Source: an uncultured archaeon (lineage in GTDB: Archaea > Iainarchaeota > Iainarchaeia > Iainarchaeales > GCA-2688035). Taken from it: a stretch of 64,000 nucleotides of DNA. The notes below the pieces were generated by a model. That model saw nothing but the letters and a program-made list of their open reading frames with translations, was not told where the DNA came from and searched no databases. The DNA is taken from positions 116,770 through 180,769 of the forward strand of contig CAYHBD010000009.1 in NCBI GenBank assembly GCA_964354805.1. The letters are read 5' to 3'. The stretch's first letter is position 1; every line of letters starts with the position of its first letter. Position numbers and translations under genes: made by a program. Positions 19,188 to 27,205 of the stretch are shown piece after piece.

Positions 19188-20639
19188 ATGAAAAAAACAA
19201 TCAGGGCAATTGCCATCTTTGCATTACTTTTGCTTGCAAGCACAAATGGCAGCAGCGCAAAAAATAATATTTACGGTAGCGGCATAGATACAAATGGCTT
19301 GATGCCAATCAATGTTGATGACACCAATGTTAGCTATCGTTTCAGGGCAGAGCATTCAGGGTTGCTTGAAAGCGTTGCATTTTACCTTGTAATCAACAAG
19401 CCGTTGTACACTCAGGGCGATGGCGGGCATTTGCTGGTTGAATTACGAACTGATGATGGCACTGGAAATCATTTTCCGTCCAACGAAGTTTTAGCATCAC
19501 ACTATATTGATAAACCAATGGATGGGCGCAGTTATCCCGGTTCTTTTGTTCCTTTACCAGGCAACCCTTCACCCTGCACTGGCAGCTCGTGCGGCGCTGC
19601 TTTCCCAAAAATTCCTTTAAATGCACAAATTGAAGAAGGAAAGCTTTACCACATTGTTTTTTCCAATACGCACGCAGACAGCAGGAATAATTGGATGTCC
19701 CTGAATCTGCTTTGGGCTGACAGCACACCAATGCAGCCCATGTTTGATGACCTTGATTTTGCACTCCTTTTTTACGACAACTTCCACAAAACATGGACAA
19801 CCAATAGCGAAACTCTTAGGACCCCAATATTAAGCGTAGATTACGTTGGTGGCAATTCGCAAGGGCAAGGCTACATAGAAGCGTGGACAAATGGCTCTGT
19901 TGCTATTGCAGGCGATAACAAAGTAAGGGAAAGATTTACTGTAAGCGGCAAGGACAGGCAGATATCAAAGGCATTTGTCAAGGTGCAAAAACCAGCTGGA
20001 ACAAATCCAGGGGATTTAACATTCAAACTACAAAAAGATGACGGCACCATTATTGAAGAAGGCAATGTTGCCTCAGCCAGCATTAGTGAAGGAAGAATGC
20101 AATGGGCAAGCTATAGCTTCCGAGAGAAACACACATTAAAAGCAGGGGAAACATATGCCCTTGTTCTTGAAGCCCCACCCGGTGACTCATATAGTACTTT
20201 TGCAATTAGGGAAGGGGGAGATGTTGGATTGAACGGGGGTTTATTCAAAGACGGCAATGCATACTATAGTGATGACGGTGGACAGAGCTGGAAGGTGATT
20301 AGATACAGCGGATTTGATTTACAATTCTATTTTGAATTATCCTGCCCAAACGGAAACTGTGAGGAAGGGGAAAATTGTTTAACTTGCCCGCAGGATTGCC
20401 CCATATGCCAGCCCCAATGCGGCAACGGCACAGCGGACACTGGGGAAAACTGCTCAAGCTGCCCTGCAGACGTGCAGTGCGAAACAGGACAAGAGTGCAT
20501 AGAAGGAACATGCACAGCAACGGAATGCATTAGGGAACCAGAGCTGCTCGGCTACATCAGCCAGTGGAAAAGGGGCGAAATAAGCATGCTCACGCTAATG
20601 CAAAAAATGAAACTATGGAGCACCGGAACAGGATGCTAA
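19188..20639 (+). CDS. Secreted beta-sandwich protein + Cys repeats + WKRGEI tail (member 3)
   Basis: Signal peptide; two beta-rich domains (LKAGETYALVL, AYYSDDGGQSW); shared tail. Confidence 0.7.
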   Translation: MKKTIRAIAIFALLLLASTNGSSAKNNIYGSGIDTNGLMPINVDDTNVSYRFRAEHSGLLESVAFYLVINKPLYTQGDGGHLLVELRTDDGTGNHFPSNEVLASHYIDKPMDGRSYPGSFVPLPGNPSPCTGSSCGAAFPKIPLNAQIEEGKLYHIVFSNTHADSRNNWMSLNLLWADSTPMQPMFDDLDFALLFYDNFHKTWTTNSETLRTPILSVDYVGGNSQGQGYIEAWTNGSVAIAGDNKVRERFTVSGKDRQISKAFVKVQKPAGTNPGDLTFKLQKDDGTIIEEGNVASASISEGRMQWASYSFREKHTLKAGETYALVLEAPPGDSYSTFAIREGGDVGLNGGLFKDGNAYYSDDGGQSWKVIRYSGFDLQFYFELSCPNGNCEEGENCLTCPQDCPICQPQCGNGTADTGENCSSCPADVQCETGQECIEGTCTATECIREPELLGYISQWKRGEISMLTLMQKMKLWSTGTGC

Positions 20640-20840
20640 CGCCAGCATAGCGCAGGCAATGAAAAGCAGGTGAAGGCTGCCCAATATAAAAATGGCTGCA
20701 AGGGGAAAAAGAATTGCAAAAACTGGGGCATTAAATTTTTATTCAAGAAAGACCTACTCTAATTGATTAAATTGAAATCCTGCATTAAAATTCCTGCAAT
20801 CGCATTCCTTGCAATGCTGTTGATCGGGGCAGCATCAGCC
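20561..20840 (+). repeat. Junction repeat copy A (tail + intergenic + promoter + signal peptide)
   Basis: Highly similar to 22706-22987; 58 bp identical (20641-20698 = 22784-22841). Confidence 0.9.
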
Positions 20841-22793
20841 CAAAAAATGAGGCATAAAGAGAAAAAGTTAATACAAGCGAATTTAGTGCTAGCAATTGGT
20901 ATAGTTTCTTTACTGATTTTTTTTAGTTTGGGAAGTATTAGAGAGCCAGTTAAAGAAGGTTTAACGAGCTTTGCCGTATCAAGTTTTGATGAAGTTGTTC
21001 CCAATTGTGGCAATAATCTTTGCGAGAGTGGAGAAATTGCTGAAAGTTGTCCTGATGATTGCGATATATGTTCTGAAGAAAAATGTGATGTGTATGCCCC
21101 TATTCAGCATAAGAAATATTTTAAGGCTGAAAAGGAAGTTTATGGTTATGACCCGCCTTTCCAACCAGCTCGAGTAACCTTTGACGCTAATAATAGGCCA
21201 TATATCAGAAAGAATGACTGTAACACTACAAATGACTTCGCGTTTCGATGTTTTACAAATCAGCTAATTATTCAAACCCTTAACAGCAGTGGAGAGTGGG
21301 AGTATTGGGATTTATCTAATATAGTAAAAACATACAAAGACCAAATGTTTAGATCCAGCACTCAAACAGATGAAAGAGTAATTATTGATTCTGACGGAGA
21401 TATGTATCTTGCAGTTGAATACAATCTTGAACCTTCTCTGCTACTTTTATATTCAAATGATGAGGGTAAAAACTGGCAGAGTTATCCTATCCAAGGGGTG
21501 TCTATGAAGTTTGAACCATGGCCAGGGCGAAATACTCCATCAATTTTAATCACAAATCGTGATAATAAGGAATTATATTTTATTATACCCCAAAAATTAT
21601 CAAATGGCACCTTAGATCTCTCCCATAAAATAAAATTATCAGATAATGCCTGGGAACCACTAAATCCTGGAGGGTATATGAGTTATTCTTTTAGTTATGG
21701 TGATCTAACTTTTTTTGTTTGGGCAGAATCAATTAGTTCTACTCCTAATGAAAACGGAACTCCATCTTACATTGCCGTGTATAATAGGACAAGCAGATTG
21801 TTAAGTCAACCATATCATATTGGAAATGGTGGAACTTATAATGGGGGGACAGGACTCACTGAGCCCCATAATCAACCAACCTTATGTTTGGATTCCAAAG
21901 GGTATATTCATGTTATCCTAGGAGGCCATAATGAGCAATTTAAATATTACAAATCAAAATATCCTTTAAATATCACAAAGTGGGAAGCACCCGTCTATCT
22001 TGGGGATCCAAATATTGATAATGTACAGAATAAACTAACTTATCCTGCACTACTTTGCGGAAAGGATGATACTTTACATCTTGCTATGCGTTCAATAATT
22101 CCTACTTATAGTTTCACTTTATCTTATACAAGAAAAAAAACAGGTCAGGGTTGGGAAAAAATTAAGCCGCTTGTTTTACCATTCAGAGCCTATTATGGAC
22201 ACTGGTATCATCAACTGAACATGGATAATAATGGCGTATTGTACTTAAATTATTGGTATCTTGCAAATAATTTATTTGATGATGAGCTTGAGGCTTATCA
22301 ACAAAAGTGGCCAGACGAAGACATTAATCTTAGCGGAGCATACAAACCAACAAACAACACATATTGGTGGAATCTCTATCCACTATACCACAGTCCAGCG
22401 ATGCTTGTTTCCTACGATAACGGAGATTCTTGGAAGCTCGCTGTTACAAGTGATTTTATAAAAGGAATGAACAAAGAAATCTGCGGAAACCAGCAATGCG
22501 AAGCAGGCGAAACCTTTGAAAGCTGCCCAACAGACTGCAAATGCGGCAATAGCGCCTGCGAAGTAGGCGAAACTTTCACAACATGCCCGGCAGACTGCAA
22601 ATGCGGCAATGCAACATGCGACGCAGGCGAAACATTCGAAACCTGCCCACGAGACTGCCCTCAAGAATGCGTTGACAACGAAAAACTGGTAGGCTACTAT
22701 ATCCCCCAGTGGAAAAGGGGGGAAATAACCATGCTGACACTAATGCAGAAAATGAGGCAATGGAAAGCTGGAACAGGATGCCAGCCAGCATAG
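20763..22793 (+). CDS. Secreted BNR-4/Asp-box beta-propeller protein + Cys repeats + WKRGEI tail (member 4)
   Basis: YSNDEGKNW and VSYDNGDSW Asp-boxes; EPHNQPTLCLDSKGYIHVILGGHN BNR_4-like motif; start possibly TTG 20772. Confidence 0.75.
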   Translation: MIKLKSCIKIPAIAFLAMLLIGAASAQKMRHKEKKLIQANLVLAIGIVSLLIFFSLGSIREPVKEGLTSFAVSSFDEVVPNCGNNLCESGEIAESCPDDCDICSEEKCDVYAPIQHKKYFKAEKEVYGYDPPFQPARVTFDANNRPYIRKNDCNTTNDFAFRCFTNQLIIQTLNSSGEWEYWDLSNIVKTYKDQMFRSSTQTDERVIIDSDGDMYLAVEYNLEPSLLLLYSNDEGKNWQSYPIQGVSMKFEPWPGRNTPSILITNRDNKELYFIIPQKLSNGTLDLSHKIKLSDNAWEPLNPGGYMSYSFSYGDLTFFVWAESISSTPNENGTPSYIAVYNRTSRLLSQPYHIGNGGTYNGGTGLTEPHNQPTLCLDSKGYIHVILGGHNEQFKYYKSKYPLNITKWEAPVYLGDPNIDNVQNKLTYPALLCGKDDTLHLAMRSIIPTYSFTLSYTRKKTGQGWEKIKPLVLPFRAYYGHWYHQLNMDNNGVLYLNYWYLANNLFDDELEAYQQKWPDEDINLSGAYKPTNNTYWWNLYPLYHSPAMLVSYDNGDSWKLAVTSDFIKGMNKEICGNQQCEAGETFESCPTDCKCGNSACEVGETFTTCPADCKCGNATCDAGETFETCPRDCPQECVDNEKLVGYYIPQWKRGEITMLTLMQKMRQWKAGTGCQPA

Positions 22794-22987
22794 CGCAGGC
22801 AATGAAAAGCAGGTGAAGGCTGCCCAATATAAAAATGGCTGTAAAGGAGAAAAAGAATTGCAAAAATGGGAGCAGTAGATTTTTATTCGAAAAAGACATA
22901 CTCTAATTGATTAAATTGAAATCCTGCGCTAAAATTCTCGCAATCGCATTACTTGCAATGCTTTTGGCTGGAACAGCGGCGGCTGCC
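22706..22987 (+). repeat. Junction repeat copy B
   Basis: See 20561-20840. Confidence 0.9.
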
Positions 22988-25078
22988 AACTGCATAGGCA
23001 ACAAGTCTGGGAATCTTATAGTTAACGGAGACCTGGAGGCAGTCACCGCAGGCATTCCTGACTGCTGGTATAAAGAGGGCTGGGAAAAAGATGGGGTGGC
23101 GCTGCCAGGAAGGGATTTGAATTGGGTTAAGGACCCTATTACAGGCGGAGACCATGGAATGGTTTTGAAAACGCAGAACACAAGCAATGGATCAGGCACA
23201 GGGCTTGCATGGCAAAATCCAGTTGCCCCTGAGCTTGTAGAGCCAAACACCTGGTATGAGCTTTCCTTCTCTTATGCCACTGAAGGCATTGAACCACTGC
23301 TTGACACAGACGGCAACATGCTACAGGACAGCGTTTGGATTGGGGCAGGCGCTATAATATGGGACGGAAACTGGAATAAGATAGATAAAGTGGATTCGTT
23401 AATTTGGGCTCAGGACCTTGAATTGGACAAGTGGGATGACAGCGCATGGGTTTACAGGACATACAAAAAAACAGGGCTTAAGCCATGGAAAGACGTAAAA
23501 AAATATTTTAAGACCCCTGCTGTGGTTGGACATATATACATATTAACATACAATTATCCAAAAGGAACAGCATATTTTGATAATTTCTCACTCAGGAAAA
23601 TAGGTTACAATCCTAATGATGTTCCATTTAAAAAATCCGGGACACTGCGCTTCCTCCAGTTTAAGGATGAGGATTTTTTCCCAATATTCCTGCACTCGTT
23701 TCCACAAAGAGGAGGGACAGATATTGGATTAAATGAGGTTAAAGAAAACGGATTCAACACAACAAACAGCTGGAACAAAACAAAAATCGAGGAGTTGGAT
23801 CTGGCAAGCGCAATAGACCTGCCTGAAATCCACAAAGGCTCTCCTGATAATCTCTCATGGTACAATGACCCTGGCCCTGGGAATTCAATTGCATACACTG
23901 GAAAGGCAGAAATTAAAACCAGAGTTTCCGAATGGAAAGATTTTGACAACCTTTTATTTTTTATAACCAGGAATGAAATTGAGTGCCACCCTGTCAGAGA
24001 CGAGTCATTTGTGCCTGATTTAGAAACATACAAAAAAATCAGCGAATATGTCAGAGGCAATGGGGCAAAAATATTCTACGGGTTCTGCGGAAGCTATTAC
24101 AATACCCCGGAAGCATATACTGGAAGCTATGATGACTTTGTAAATTATTACCATCCGCTTGCGGATATTATAAGCCATACCGCAAACCTGCCGCCGGCAT
24201 ACCCAAGCGCATACAACGAACCTCAATTAGACAAGGTCGGCATATGGACAAGGACAGACCTTTCCAGGAGCCCCGAAAAATATTTTATTGCAAGAGGCTT
24301 CAGCAGAATGGACTGGGCAAACTGGGACAGGGCAAGGGAAGCAGATGGGAGTGTTCGCAGGTACGACATATATGTACCGTTCAACCTGCAAAGGTTCCTT
24401 GTGTGGACCCAGATAATAAACGGCGCCACAGGGGCTGATTTTCTGTATACAAGCGCGATAAACCTAACTGACAAAGACTATGCCAAATACTATGCCCACA
24501 GCTGGAAGCAGATAACCGCAATATCAAAAGAGCTCTCGGAATTATACCCTGTTCTTGTTGAACCCCAGTTCCTTGACGAGTGGCAGGTTTCCGATCCAAG
24601 AGTGGAGATAATGATGAAAAAGCATGATGAAAAGATTTACCTTTTTGCAGCAAGCACGCATTATGAGGATTTGCTCAAGGAAACAATAACACTTGACAGC
24701 AAATACAACATAGCAAAAATAACGGCACTGAACGAAGTAATAAACGGGGATGTGGACAATCCCCCAACTGACAGAAGCATTGAGCTAGCTTCACCAAACA
24801 GCTTTGTTGACGACTTTGTTGGAGACGACGGCTCGCACGCATCTGCAGCAAGCCCTGGATATGCTGTGCACATTTACGAGATTGAATTAAGCGCCTGCGG
24901 CAATGGCACATGCGATTCAGGCGAAACTGTCTCATGCCCGCAGGATTGCCAAGAATGCGTTGACACGCCGACATTAATGAACCAGTACATTCCCCAGTGG
25001 AAAAGAGGAGAAATAAGCATGCTAACACTAATGCAGAAAATAAGGCAACGGAACACAGGGGAAGGATGCCCGCAATAA
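22907..25078 (+). CDS. Secreted CBM-like + putative glycoside hydrolase TIM-barrel protein + WKRGEI tail (member 5)
   Basis: GNLIVNGDLE..AYFDNFSL CBM4/9-like domain; FFPIFL..GFNT, QIINGATGADF pattern; shared tail; start possibly TTG 22916. Confidence 0.7.
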   Translation: MIKLKSCAKILAIALLAMLLAGTAAAANCIGNKSGNLIVNGDLEAVTAGIPDCWYKEGWEKDGVALPGRDLNWVKDPITGGDHGMVLKTQNTSNGSGTGLAWQNPVAPELVEPNTWYELSFSYATEGIEPLLDTDGNMLQDSVWIGAGAIIWDGNWNKIDKVDSLIWAQDLELDKWDDSAWVYRTYKKTGLKPWKDVKKYFKTPAVVGHIYILTYNYPKGTAYFDNFSLRKIGYNPNDVPFKKSGTLRFLQFKDEDFFPIFLHSFPQRGGTDIGLNEVKENGFNTTNSWNKTKIEELDLASAIDLPEIHKGSPDNLSWYNDPGPGNSIAYTGKAEIKTRVSEWKDFDNLLFFITRNEIECHPVRDESFVPDLETYKKISEYVRGNGAKIFYGFCGSYYNTPEAYTGSYDDFVNYYHPLADIISHTANLPPAYPSAYNEPQLDKVGIWTRTDLSRSPEKYFIARGFSRMDWANWDRAREADGSVRRYDIYVPFNLQRFLVWTQIINGATGADFLYTSAINLTDKDYAKYYAHSWKQITAISKELSELYPVLVEPQFLDEWQVSDPRVEIMMKKHDEKIYLFAASTHYEDLLKETITLDSKYNIAKITALNEVINGDVDNPPTDRSIELASPNSFVDDFVGDDGSHASAASPGYAVHIYEIELSACGNGTCDSGETVSCPQDCQECVDTPTLMNQYIPQWKRGEISMLTLMQKIRQRNTGEGCPQ

Positions 25079-25285
25079 AAAAAGAAATGGCTGCAAGGGA
25101 GAAAAGAAACAGCCCCCCACATGGGAAGGGGGGAGTGGCGGCAATTCCTGCAAAAGGGGCAATTGGGCTTTTGGGAAAAAAAGCGGTGTATTTAAATTTT
25201 TTGTCCCAGGTATGTTTTATTAGGTATTTTTGGCAAGTCAAGTGGATCTTAATTTAGCTTTCCATTTGGCGCTGATTTTAGGTGA

Positions 25286-25573
25286 TTGGGCATGGATGCT
25301 GCTGTTAAGAAGGAAATGCAGGAGTTGCTTGATTTGATGCGGTCAATCCTGAACGACAGGCTTGTTCCGAGAAACATCAGGGCTGTTGTGGAGGAAGCAA
25401 TGCAGAAAATAGGGGTGAAAAAGCCCAAGGTTGAGGACTTCAGCACCGCAATTTACCTGCTTGACGACATAAGCGCTGACATCAACATGCCAACGCACAC
25501 AAGAACCGATATCTGGGAAGCAATCAGCAAAATGGAAGCTATTAAAGAGAAAATAAAGGAGCTTCCGGTTTGA
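25286..25573 (+). CDS. UPF0147 family protein
   Basis: DRLVPRNIR, LLDDISADINMPTHTRTDIW. Confidence 0.88.
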   Translation: MGMDAAVKKEMQELLDLMRSILNDRLVPRNIRAVVEEAMQKIGVKKPKVEDFSTAIYLLDDISADINMPTHTRTDIWEAISKMEAIKEKIKELPV

Positions 25574-27076
25574 ATGCAGTTGGCTGAAGTAAAGGAAAAG
25601 GAAATAGTTGAATACGCTGGCAGCAAAGAAGCGCTAATTGATGAACAGGCGGTTAAGCTGCTTAGCGAAAGGCCTGATTTCAGGGAAATAATTGACAGTC
25701 TGCTCAGTGAGGGAACGTTCATCATTGACAGGAAAGCGGTTGAGAAAAAAATCCTGAAGCCGAAAACAGGTATTGCAGCAAAAGAAGAAGCGGTTGTAGA
25801 AAAAAGCAGGTTCAAGCCGCATGCGAAAGAAATAACCGCGAATTTCAAAATCCTGCCCCAGCTTGACATAACAGGACAGAGCAAAACGTATGGTACGGCA
25901 AAGGATTTCCTGCACTATTTCCAGAGAAAATTCGAATTGCTTTCAGAAATGCTGAAAAAAAGGCACACGCTCAGCCCAAAGCCGCTCAACAGGCTGAAAG
26001 CAGTTCCCAAAGGCAGCGCTGTTGACGTAATAGGCATGGTTTTCAAAAAGTGGGTTACAAAAAACGGGCATGTTGCACTGCAGCTGGAGGATTTGGAAGC
26101 AAAATGCATTGCCCTTGTGCTAAAGGATGAGCTTGCCTTGACAGCTGCAGTAGAGCACATAATCATTGACGACGTGATTGCAGTAAAGGCAGTGAAATGG
26201 CAGGAGGGAATGCTGATTATAAAGGAAATAATCAGGCCTGATTTGCCAGTGAGGGAGAACAGGAAAGCAGAGCAGAATGTTTCAATTGCGAGCATAAGCG
26301 ACATGCATGTTGGAAGCAAGCTTTTTCTGGAAAAGCCTTTCCAGAATTTCCTGGAATGGCTGAATGGAAGGGCTGAAAACAAAAAAGAGCAGGAAAAGGT
26401 AAGCAAAATAAAGTATTTGATTGTAACAGGAGACAATGTTGATGGGTGTGGCGTTTACCCAAACCAATTCAGCGAACTGAACATAAAGGACATCTACCAG
26501 CAATACAAGGAATTCAGCAAATTCATTATGCAGGTACCGGAATACATTGAAGTATTCATTATTCCGGGGCAGCACGATGCAGTAAGATGGGCTGACCCAC
26601 AGCCTGCAATCCCGAAAGAATTTGCCCCTGAACTGCATGCCCTGCCCAATGTCCATTTCCTCGGCAGCCCAAGCTGGGTTTCAATCGAAGGAATGCTCAC
26701 AATGCTTTACCACGGGGGGGCATTGCACGAATTGATTGCTTCACTCAGCTTCCTAAACAGCGAACACCCGGAAGAAGCAATGATTGAAGTTCTAAGAAGA
26801 AGGGACCTTATGACAGGATATGGCCACAAGCAGCCTTATGTTCCGGAAAAAGAGGACCTGCTTGTAATAAGGGAGCCCCCGGACCTGATTTACATTGGAG
26901 ACATGCACCACAACGCTTACGGAAACTACAGGGGAACAACAATAATAAACAGCGGGACATGGCAGGCAAGAACAAGCTACCAGGTAAAGCTTGGTCACAT
27001 CCCAACGCCGTGCATTGCGCCGGTGCTGAATCTCGCAACAGGAAAAATAACGGAAAATCACTTCATGCAGCAGTAG
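25574..27076 (+). CDS. polB: DNA polymerase D small subunit DP1
   Basis: OB fold plus phosphoesterase motifs SDMHVGS, GDNVDGCGVYPNQ, PGQHD, YHG, NSGTWQ. Confidence 0.93.
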   Translation: MQLAEVKEKEIVEYAGSKEALIDEQAVKLLSERPDFREIIDSLLSEGTFIIDRKAVEKKILKPKTGIAAKEEAVVEKSRFKPHAKEITANFKILPQLDITGQSKTYGTAKDFLHYFQRKFELLSEMLKKRHTLSPKPLNRLKAVPKGSAVDVIGMVFKKWVTKNGHVALQLEDLEAKCIALVLKDELALTAAVEHIIIDDVIAVKAVKWQEGMLIIKEIIRPDLPVRENRKAEQNVSIASISDMHVGSKLFLEKPFQNFLEWLNGRAENKKEQEKVSKIKYLIVTGDNVDGCGVYPNQFSELNIKDIYQQYKEFSKFIMQVPEYIEVFIIPGQHDAVRWADPQPAIPKEFAPELHALPNVHFLGSPSWVSIEGMLTMLYHGGALHELIASLSFLNSEHPEEAMIEVLRRRDLMTGYGHKQPYVPEKEDLLVIREPPDLIYIGDMHHNAYGNYRGTTIINSGTWQARTSYQVKLGHIPTPCIAPVLNLATGKITENHFMQQ

Positions 27077-27085
27077 AGGGAACAG

Positions 27086-27200
27086 ATGCCAATAAAATTG
27101 GATTTGACAAATTGAAAAATAAAATGAAAAAAAATTTAAAAGTGAAAAAAACATGCCGATAAAATTGGATTCACTGACAGGCGAGAAAAAAAGTAAGTGA
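27086..27200 (+). repeat. Two degenerate copies of the DP2 start
   Basis: ATG 27086 MPIKLDLTN*, ATG 27153 MPIKLDSLTGEKKSK*, real start 27206 MPIKIDID. Confidence 0.85.
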
Positions 27201-27205
27201 TAATT

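Noticed and set aside
16968-25078. Integron cassette array
   Set aside because: No integrase or attC-like palindromes; the repeats are coding head/tail homology instead.
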